Assembly (NCBI GenBank): GCA_036785375.1
Contig: JAWMAR010001141.1
Location: 62,001 to 126,000, forward strand
Source of the DNA: Leucoraja ocellata
Lineage: Eukaryota
Direction: 5' to 3'
Length of the DNA stretch: 64,000 nucleotides
Made by a program: the position numbers and the translations under genes. This document shows, in pieces, positions 48,818 to 59,900 of this stretch (positions within the stretch are counted from its first letter, which is position 1; each line of letters starts with the position of its first letter). A model generated the notes under the pieces. That model saw nothing but the letters and a program-made list of their open reading frames with translations, did no database searches and had not been told where the DNA came from.

Positions 48818-49284
48818 CTAATCTAGAATCTATCAATCTCTGCCTTCAAAATATCCATTGACTGGACCTCCACATCCTTCTATCGCAATGATTTCCACAG
48901 ATTCACCACCCTCTGACTAAAGACATTCCTTCTCATCTCCTTTCTCAAAGAATGTCCTTTTATTCTGAGGTTAGGGCACAGATTCACCACCCTCTCTCTC
49001 GAGGGTGTCTTGGGTGACTTTCACAGGCTAACTGAGCCACACCATGGGCCAGTGTAGACATCCAGCGAAAGGTCAGCTTGTGGCAGAGTGTGGTGGAGAT
49101 GCACCTCAAAATAAGAGAAGGCATCCCACTACAGTGGGCCACGAGTGGCGAGGTGTGGGGTTAATTTGTGTAAACAGTATTGCATGTACGCATAGCAACC
49201 GAGAATGTTGAATGGAGTTTTGTAAGGATCATGTATTGCATATATTTATTTTTTGAATAAAGTATATTTTGAAATTAAAAAAAA

Positions 49285-49540
49285 AATCTGAGTCAGAGAG
49301 TTGTTGGTTCAACTCCCACTCCTGAAGCCCGAGGACTGAGGGAGTGCAGTACTGAGGGAGCTCGCCACTGCTGGAGGTGAAGTCACTTTGCCGAGGCATT
49401 TAGCTGATCTGCTGTCTGCTCTGTCTCAAGTCACTGAGAAAGGTCACCTGGAGATAGTTCACACCAGAATAGGGGAGAGACTCCTTGTTCTGGGGGCAAG
49501 AGTTCTCCCTACAAACCAAGATCAACAAGGCAAGCTGTAG
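49285..49540 (+). mobile_element. Ancient Deu-domain-like SINE (AmnSINE1/SacSINE1-like) remnant
   Basis: ctgagtcaga..gttgttggttcaactcccactcc...gtgcagtactgagggag..gccactgctggaggtg resembles the DeuSINE consensus as recalled; not verified by search. Confidence 0.5.
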
Positions 49541-49542
49541 GT

Positions 49543-50050
49543 CAGTGGTTCCCAACGTGGGGCGTACGCCCCACAGGGGGGCAATTTGATTTTTAAGGGG
49601 GGCAATTGAGAGCGACTGAGGAGGTCTGGGTCCAAATTTTCGATTTTTATTTTTTTGGATTTTCCATCAGGTAAACATATGTAGTTTATGTTTCAGATGT
49701 TATTTTGAGTAAATAATTTTTTTGGGGTAAAAAAGGTCTTTATTGTGTAGTTTCATTATTATTATTTTAATACCACCTAATGTTTTTTTCTTTTTTTTTT
49801 ACAATTTTTTAGTAATTTCTTGCTCAGAACTTTAACTGTCTTTCTTTTAATTCATTTGTCTTTTTCATGGATGCCATGTTCTTTTGAAGCTTGTTTAAAC
49901 CAAGGTATTGGCGTTTTAAGCTTCTTCAGCTGAAACGGAGTTCACTTTTTAAATTATAAGAATTATATATCACCACATGGGGGGGGGGGGGCATCAGGAT
50001 TTTAGAGGTGATTAGGTGGGGCATGGCCAAAAAAAGGTTGGGAACCACTG
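49543..50050. mobile_element. Non-autonomous hAT (Charlie-like) DNA transposon
   Basis: 14-bp TIRs CAGTGGTTCCCAAC/GTTGGGAACCACTG, near-perfect 8-bp TSD ctgtaggt/c-gtaggt; empty site at about 30270. Confidence 0.9.
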
Positions 50051-53000
50051 CGTAGGTAGTTGTCTCCCTTCTCTACAGGGAGCTAGCTGTGTGCAATTTG
50101 GTTGCACACAACACGACGACAATCGTTGATGGAACGATCGAGTGTTGAGCAGTTTATCATTAGCACCTCACCCAGTACAGTGAGGCCGGTGGCTAAACAT
50201 CATTCAAGGCGCTGAGTAAATAATTCTAAAGAACAGAGCATTTTGTAATGGTTCGCACCAGAATAGTGGAGGATCTCCTTGTTCTGGGGCAAGTGGTATC
50301 TCATCAACCAAGGACACCAAAGTCATCTGTAGGATAGTTGTTGTTTTTTAAAGGGAACTTGTTGTGTCCAAATTAGATGCACACAAGTCTGCAAGGGCGG
50401 AATGTAGAAACAAGGAACTGCAGATGCTGGTTTATACCACATATAGGCACAAAGTGTTGGAGCATCTCAGCAGGTCAAGCAGCTTCTCTGGACAAAAAGG
50501 ATGGGTAACATTTCTCGATGGGACCCTTCAGAGTGGTCCTGACCTCCCAACTACTCCATTCGAGACCTTGGAACTATCTTTAATTGGATTTTACTAGACT
50601 GCATCTTGCATTGAACATTATTCCCTGTATCCTGTACCTGTGGACGGCTCGATTGTAATCATATACAGTGTTTTCACTGACTGGGTAGCATACACACAGA
50701 AAAGCTTTTCACTGCACCTCGGTACACGTGACTATAATTGGCTAAACTAAAGAGGTTGCCACAGATTCCTTGAATGCAAAAATGAAGTCATTGAGACTTT
50801 CAGAATGGGTTGGGTTTCACATGGTTTTTCAATGTGTGACCTGTGGTCTAGGTTCAACATTTCCCACGCTGTTTCTAGCAGGAGTCCTGTGTGACTTTAC
50901 CACGCTAACCGAGCCACACCAAGGCCCAGTGTTAGGTTCTGCAGTGCAAGCTCAGTAGGTGAAAACTATTGAGTGAGTTAGAGAGATGTTGGTTCAGTTC
51001 CCACTCCAGAACGCCGAGCACGGAGTGAGAGTTGTACTGAGGGAGCTCCGCAATGGAAACATAGAAGCATAGAAAATAGGCGCTGGAGTAGGCCATTTGG
51101 CCCTTCGAACCAGCACCGCCATTCAATATGATCGTGGCAGATCAACATAAATCAGTACCCAGTTCCTGCTCTCTCCCCATATCCCTTGATTCCGTTTGTT
51201 CTAAGCACTGTGTCTAAAGTTGCTGGAGGTGCTGTCACTCTGATGAGGCATTTAGCTGGCCTGCTGCTCTGCTGTCTGCTCTCACAAGCCTGCTCTCTCT
51301 CTTCAGGGCGGCACGGTGGTGCAGCGGTTTGCTGCTGCCTCACAGCGCCAGAGACCCGGGTTCGATCCTCTCTACAGGTGCTGTCTGTGTGGAGTTTGAA
51401 TGTTCTACCTGTGACCTCATGGGTTTCCTCCAGGTGCTCCGGCTTCCTCCCACATCCCTAATCCATGCGAGTTTGTGGGTTAAATACCTCTGCAAGATTG
51501 TCGCAAATGTGTAGGGAATGGATGACAAAGTGGGATAACAGAACTAGTGTGTGTACAGGTAGACAACAATGCTGGAGAAACTCAGCGTTTTTGTCTACCT
51601 TCGCTTTTCCAGCATCTGCTGTTCCTTCTTAAACATAGTGTGTACAGGTGATCAGTGGTCGGCATGGACTCGGTGGATCAATGGGCCTGTTTCCATTCGC
51701 TATCTCTAAACCAAACTAATTCTACTCTTATCACTTATGACTTTATGACAAAAATTCAGCCATCTTTTATTACATTGGATTATTTTAATCATTATTCAAT
51801 GTGCAGGGTTTCACACAGCAATTCAATTGGTAGTAAAGTTAAAAGTTCACATTCTGGAGAGCCAGCTTTGAGTTCTAGTCTATGTTCTGCTGTCTTTTGT
51901 GTGAATGTCAGGATGTACAGACGTGTCTGCAAACACAGGTACAGAATTTGGCCATTTGCTCCATCGATTCTACTCCGCCATTCAATCATGGATGATCTAT
52001 CTTTCCCACTCCATCCCATTCTCCTGCCTTCTCCCCTCAACCTTTGACACCCTGAGTAAACATGTCAATCTCCAATTTAAAAATATCCATTGACTTGGCC
52101 TCCACAGCCGCCTGTGGCAATTAATTCCACAGATTCATCACCCTCTGGCTAAAGAAATTCCTCCTCAAGTGGTCAAGGTAGATTGGACATAGGTGTGGTG
52201 TGGTGATGCTGTAGGGTCAAGGTGATGAGATTTGTACATCTCCAACTGGTGAACACCCTCTCTGGCCCTGAAAAGCTAAACGATGATTATTGGGCGTCAT
52301 TCCGTCAGAATAACAATATTGATATAACGATTACCCTTCATTTTTATCTTATTCTTCTAACACGTGTCCACAGTTCAATACTTGTAATCATTTAACCGTT
52401 TTTATATCCCCATTGTTCAATGGTTCAATGGTACTTTATTGTCTCATGCACATGCGTACAGTGACATTTCTTTTGTATAGAATTCAGTAAAAATCTTACT
52501 TGATATAAGCACAGCTGAAGCTAAGAACAAGAGTATTAATAGCAGATTATATGATGCAGTACACAAGAGTTGCCACATTACTGGCACTATCTTATATTCT
52601 TAAACATCAAATTGGCTTAAAGGCCCGTTTTATTTTGGGCTTAAAGGCCTATTATCGTGGAGACGGCACTGGGTGGGAGTTGCAGGGGTCGGCCTGGCCT
52701 GGCGATGTTGTCGGTGCCTCCACCACCGCTCCGTGCCGCTGCAGGCCGTGTCCGATCCGCGCGCTCGTCCCCGACCTCTGTGTGACCTCCAGCGGCACCC
52801 GATCCACCGGCTGCTGCAGGACCTCCAGCAGCCCACTCGCAGTCCGCCCACACCTCGACCCACCAACGCACCCTTTTCCCCTCGCCTCCCACGGCCGTCT
52901 CCATGCGAGGTGAGGCCTCACCCAGCCAGCTCACCGGCGCTGTTCCTCTTCTTCCTCCACCACTGCCGACCTCATCTCCAAGGTCTTGGCTGTTTTTTTC

Positions 53001-53565
53001 CTTGAATAACAATTAAAACACAGTTTATAATCTCCACCATCAAATTTTACCCGGAGGAAATGACCCAGGGTGGCACAGTGGCGCAGCGGTAGAGTTGCTG
53101 CCTTACAGCGCCAGAGACCCGGTTTGATCATGACTACGGGTGCTGTCTGTACAGAGTTTGTATGTTCTGCCTGTGACAGCGTGGGTTTTATCCGGGTGCT
53201 CCGGTTTCTTACCACAATCCAAAGACGTGTAGTTTTGTAGGTTAATTGGCCTCTGTATAATTGTAAATTGTCCCTCGTGTGTAGGATAGTGCGCGTGTAC
53301 GGGGTGATCATTGGTCGGCGCGGACTTGATTGGCTGTATACCCTTTAATAAAATCTGACAATGTGCACTTTAACCACATGTGATTTTTTCAATTACAAAT
53401 CTCAAATTGTGGAATACAGAGGCAAATAAATAAATGAAGGGTCTTTGTCCCAAACATTATGGAGGGTGCTGTATGTCCACACTTTATCTCTACAAATCGA
53501 AAGTAAATTCCCATCATTTCCAGTTGAATTTAATGTGAACATCAGAGTGAAGAGATTGCAAACTT

Positions 53566-53680
53566 TCACCTTTTCAAAGTTGTCACACAGCTGATGGAAA
53601 CCGGGAAGAGAAGCAGAATTCCAAAGAGTACCCAGCGTAACACACCCCAAACACGGCAAACGATGTTCAGCATGGTGTCC
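53566..53680 (-). CDS. Gene 4 Arg-containing transmembrane exon
   Basis: Same translation as 34228-34342. Confidence 0.82.
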
Positions 53681-56600
53681 CTGGAAATCCAAGGAAATAT
53701 TATTACTTCCACACAGAGTTACCACAGATCAACGCTGGCAATTTTCTTTCATCATGTTGCACACGGAATCATTCAGTGTGATTCAAGGTTGTGGCTTAGA
53801 CATTGGTGAGATGTTGATATCGCAACATGCACCCATTCCTTGGAGGTGTTCCACGACTACATACATTAACAACTTAGATGTTCATTTTGATGGTCAGACA
53901 TAGAGCACGAAAACATGTCCTTTGACCCAATTTCCCCCACGCCGACCAAGATGGCCTTATCTACACTAGTCCCATCTGCCGGCCTTAGATGTTAATGTTG
54001 GAAGTATGATTTACGAGTTTACAGATTACACCAACATTGTCTCATTTTGGATAGTACGATAATCATAGACCACAGAGGGATAAGAAGCAACTGGTATGTT
54101 GGGCAGAGCAATGCCAGCAGGTATTGAACCATGATAAGTGTGACGTTATTTGTTTTTGGCATCATGTAAGGGTAGACATTCATAATGGTAGGGCCACTGG
54201 GTGTACTAAGGACAGAGGGACTTTAGTCAGGGCCAAGGAGTATTTATCAATGGACTGGAATGTGATCAGCCACGCTTTCTCAAAGTACTGGGACTTTGAG
54301 TCACTGACCTGTGTCGAGGCGATGAACCAGGAGTCCCTGGTGGTCGATGCTTCCGGAGGCAGAGTGGGTGTGGTGGTTCCTGAGGTGGTGGTGACCATAC
54401 TTTAATCCAGTTTAGTTTAGTTTTGAGATATAGCGCGGAAACAGGCCTGACGGCCCATGGAGTCCACACTGACCAGCGATCCTCGCACACTAACACTAGG
54501 CTACACACACTAGGGGCAATTGACACATACGCCAAGCCAATCTACTTACATACTTGTATGTCTTTAGAGTGTTGGTGGAAATCAAAGATCTCAGAGAAAA
54601 CCCATGCGGTCATGGGGATAACGTACAAACCCCGTACAGGCAGCACCTGTAGTCGGGATCGAACCTGGGTCTCCAGCGCTACAAGCATTGTAAGGCAGCA
54701 ACTCTACCGCTGCGCCACCATGCAACCCCCCACACACACACACACACACACGCACCAAAGTGGTGAGGATATCTGGGTGATATGTTTGAGACCCTTGTGA
54801 AGATAAAGTGAATGAAGTCTTTGAACATTAAATGTTTATAATCACGTTCTGTGTCACTTTAGTGACGTGTGGGAGATGCTTCAGTTCGGAACGATCTTGC
54901 TCTGTGTGGGGAGATTCTTGATTCGAATCCCAAACCTGAGATTTGAGCAAGGATCCTTCCTAAACCACCATAGATGGACCAAGCCCCTTGATCTAGACAT
55001 GAGGCTCGCCCATTGAGATGTCAGCTCAGCGGTAGAGTTGCTGCCTCACAGCACAGTAGACGCGGGGTCGATCCTGATACCGGTGCTGTCAGTGCAGAGT
55101 CTGTACGTTCTCCATGTGATCGCAAGAGTTTACTCTGGGTTCTCCAGTTTCCTCCCACATTCCAAAGACGTGCGGGTTTGTAGTAAGTTGCCCCTAGTGT
55201 GTAGAACAGAACTGGTGTATGGGGTGATCGCTGCTCAGAGCGGACTCGGTGGGCCAAAGGGCCCATTTCCATGCTGTATCTTTAAACTGAGCTGAATTGA
55301 ACTGAACTAATTGGTTCTCAGGTGAGGCTGAGTTGGCTCTTCGAGTTACTAACCTGTTTGTAGGTGTTGAACCAGGAGACTCTGTGGAACTTGCTGCCTT
55401 GGTGGTTGGTGCATCTTGAGGCATGGTGGTCAGAATGGTTGTGGTGGAAGCCTTTGTGCTTATTGTTGCAGAGGTGGTGCTGACCATGTCTGGGTGGCTT
55501 GTTGGAGATCCTTGTGGAGATAAAGGGAATGACGTTTTTGAACATTAAATGTCTGAAAGTACGTTCTGTGCCACTTTAGTGATGTGTGGGAGATGCCTCA
55601 GTCGGGAGCGCTCTTGCTCCGTGTGGGGAGATTCCTGGGTTCAAATCCCAATCCAGAGATTTGAGCAAAGATCCTTCTGAGGCCACCATAGATGGACCAA
55701 GCCTCTTGATCTAGACCGGAGACTCACCCATTAAGATGCCACCAGATGGTCACAAGCATTCAGAGACTTCTTTCATGCCCTTCAGAGTCCCACAGGCTGT
55801 GTTATCTGCCTGCTGCTAGAGTTAGGCACATCTTTTCTACATTGGAGAAGAACTTGGGAGCGGGAGGATCCATGGACTATTTTCATCACGCGGACTGAAT
55901 TGGAAATAATGCAATTTGGTTGGAGGTATTTACCTGAAACATTAACTCTCATTCTCTCTCCACAGAAGCTGCCCGACCCGTTGAGTATCTCATCTTGTAC
56001 AGTTTGTGTGGCTCAGTGTAAAGTCTATATCACTCATCTCTTGAGGATTCTTAGTTCATTAGTTCATAAGTGATAGGGGCAGATTGAGGCCATTTGGCCC
56101 ATTGAGTCTATTCCACCTTTCAATCATGGCTGATCTATCTCTCCCTCTCAACCCCATTCTCCTGCCTTCTCCCCATATCGCTTGACACCCGTACTAATGG
56201 AGAACCTGTCAATCTCCACCTGAAAATACCCAATGACTTGGCCCTCATTGGAAACATGGTAAAAGCTTTTCCCTGTACCTCAGTACAGACCACAACAATA
56301 AACTGAGCTCATCAATCACCAAAGTTTGTGAGACACAAGGAATTGCAGGTGCTGGAATCTTGAGCAAAACACAAAGTGCTGGAGTAACTCAGCAGGTCAG
56401 GCAGCATCCGTGGAAGGAATGAACTGACAATGTTTAAGGTTGGGTCCCTTCTTCACCGGAGGAACAGCACCTCATATTCCGTTTGGGGAGTCTGCACCCC
56501 GGGGGCATGAACATCGACTTCTCCCAATTCTGTTAGTCCTTGCTGTCTCCTCCCCTTCCTCAGCTCCCCTGCTGTCCCCTCCCACCCTCCAGCCTTCCGG

Positions 56601-56942
56601 CTACTCCTCCTTTTCCCTTTCTTGTCCCCACCCACCCCCACCCCTGATCAGTCTGAAGAAGGGTTTCGGCCCGAAACGTTGCCTATTTCCTTCGCTCCAT
56701 AGATGCTGCTGCACCCGCTGAGTTTCTCCAGCTTTTCTGTGTAACCTCCCTTCTTCAGATGTTGTGTGCGTGGTGGGTGTGACAGTGATGGGCAGGGGGA
56801 GAGGGTGAGGGGGCACCAGAGGTTCTGGCTGTTCCCCTGCTCCAGTGAGGGGCGGCAGGGGTTCTGGACCCGGAGCGATCGTCTTTGGGGAAATGAGCCG
56901 CCAGCAGCAGAACCGCCGGTCCCCATTGATGAGCCCCCCCCC

Positions 56943-56973
<31 letters not shown>

Positions 56974-59900
56974 ACACTGCTCCTGGGACAGTGGGCTCTT
57001 GGTGTGGGCCCATGGGCCGGGACCCCAGTAAATGTGCTCCCCCCTCCTTCACCCCGACCCCCGGGGATGTGGCACCGAGTCACCGTCAGGACCGAGGCCG
57101 GGAATTCCCAGGCTGGAATGTTCACATCTGGGAGAGTGAGGAGAGATCGTCAACGTACCTTCAGAAACCGTCAATGAGATGGAGGTCCTTTTATTGATTG
57201 GAAATATTCCCTTTACAATCAGCACACACCAGTAGTATCCTTCATCACTCTTCTCCAGGTTGTCGATGGTGACTGAAACTATCCGTTGTTTTTTGTCATC
57301 AGTCATCGATGTTCTCCTATATTGTGGGTCATCAGTAGAAACCACGGTAGAAGAATTTGTGTAATAATAACCTTTACTCCATAGCTTGTCGTTGTCTTTG
57401 TATTTCCGATCGTACCGACATTCCACAGTGACCGACTGCCCCACCTCTCCCCTCACCTCCTCGGGTCCAGTTATTCCCCTTGACCCTGTGGGCACATTAA
57501 TGATGAAAGATCACTCACACTGCAGCAACACAAGCTGTGGTTTAACAATAAAAAACATGTCATTTGTGCTGTTCAGACAGGTTCATGGTTTCGCATAGAT
57601 CATGTGTAACAAGGAACTGCAGGTGCTGGTTTACACCAAAGATAGACACAAAGAGCCGGAGTAACTCAGTGGGACAGACAGCATCTCGGGAGAAACCGAC
57701 GGGTGATGTTTCCTCACCCATTTCCTTCTCTCCATAGATGCTGCCCTTCCTGCTGAGTTACTCCAGCATTTTGTGTCTCTCTCCTTTTGCATAGATCCTG
57801 GTGCACTTTAATGCTTTTCCCGCTGGTGTTAATTCCCATTTCACTGGGATTATTGTTGTAGAGGTGGTGGTGACCATGTCTGGGCGGCTTGTTTGAGACC
57901 CTTGTGGAGATAAAGTGAATGACGTTTTTGAACATTAAAAGTCTGAAAGCACGTTCTGTGCCACTTTAGTGATGTGTCGGAGATGCCTCAGTCGGGAGCG
58001 CTCTTGCTCCGTGTTGGGAGATTCCTGGGTTCAAATCCCAATCCAGAGATTTGAGCAAGGATCCTTCTGAGGCCCCCATAGATGGACCAAGCCCCTTGAT
58101 CTAGTCATCTCATGAGGATTCTTCGTTCATACGTTATAGAAACATAGAAAATAGGTGCAAGAGGAGGCCATTCAGCCCTTCGAGCCTGCACCGCCATTCA
58201 CTGTGATCAGGGCTGAACGTCCCCAATCAATAACCCGTGCCTGCCTTCTCCCCATATCCCTTGATTCCACTAGCCCCTGGAGCTCTATCTAACTCTCTCT
58301 TAAATCCATCCAGTGATTTGGCCTCCACTGCCCTCTGTGGCACGGAATTCCACAAATTCACAACTCTCTGGGTGAAAAAGTTTTTTCTCACCGCAGTCTG
58401 AAATGGCCTCCCCTTTATTCTAAGGCTGTGGCCCCTGGTTCTGGACTTGCCCAACATTGGGAACATTTTTCCTTCATCAAGCTTGTCCAGTCCTTTTATA
58501 ATTTTATAAGTTTCTATAAGAAACCCACTCATCCTTCTAAACTCCAGTTTTGAGCCTAGTCTTTTCAATCTTTCCTCATATGACAGTCCCGCCATCCCAG
58601 GGAGCAATCTCGTGAACCTACGCTGCACTGCCTCAATCACAAGGATGTTCTTCCTCAAATTAGACCAAAACTGTACACAATACTCCAGATGTGGTCTTAC
58701 CAGAGCCTGATACAACTGCGGAAGAACCCCTCTACTACTGTACTGAAATCGTCTTGTTATGAAGTTCATGTGATAGGGGCAGAATGCGGCCATTTGGCTT
58801 ATTTATGTCTACTCCGCCATTCAATCATGGCTGATCTATCTCTCCCTCTCAACCCCATTATCTTCCCTTCTCCCCATATCGCTTGACACTCATACTAATC
58901 GAGAACCTGTGAATCTTAAAAATACCCAATGATTTGGCCTTCATTGGAAACATGGTAAAAGCTTTTCCCTGTACCTCAGTACAGACGACAACAATAAACT
59001 GAACTCATGAATCACCAAAGTTTGTGAGACACAAGGAATTGCAGGTGCTGGAATCTTGAGCAAAACACAAAGTGCTGGAGTAACTCAGCAGGTCAGGCAG
59101 CATCTGTGGAAGGAATGAACTGACAATGTTTAGTGTTGGGACCTTTCTACAGATGTTGTGTGTGTGGTGGGTGTGACAGTGACGGGCAGGGGGAGAGGGC
59201 ACCAGAGGTTCTGGCTGTTCCCCTGCCCCAGTGAGGGGCGGCAGGGGTTCTGGACCCGGAGCGATCGTCTTTGGGGAAATGAGCCGCCAGCAGCAGAACC
59301 GCCGGTCCCCATTGATGAGCCCCCCCCCCCCCCCCCCCCCCACACACACACTGCTCCTGGAACAGTGGGCTCTTGGTGTGGCCCCATGGGCCGGGACCCC
59401 AGTAAATGTGCTCCCCCCTCCTTCACACCGACCCACGGGGATGTGGCACCGAGTCACCGTCAGGACCGAGGCCGGGAATTCCCAGGCTGGAATGTTCACA
59501 TCTGGGAGAGTGAGGAGAGATCGTCAACGTACCTTCAGAAACCGTCAATAAGATGGAGGTCCTTTTATTGATTGGAAATATTCCCTTTACAATCAGCACA
59601 CACCAGTAGTATCCTTCATCACTCTTCTTCAGGTTGTCGATGGTGACTGAAACTATCCGTTGTGTTTTGTTATCACTCATCGATGTTCTCCTATATTGTG
59701 GGTCATCAGTAGAAACCACGGTAGAAGAATTTGTGTAATAATAACCTTTACTCCATCGCTTCTTGTTGTCACTGTATTCCTGACCATACTGACATTCCAA
59801 AGTGACCGACTGCCCCAACTCTCCCCTCACCTCCTTAGGTCCAGTTATTCCCCTTGACCCTGTGGACACATTAATGATGAAAGATCACTCACACTGCAGC

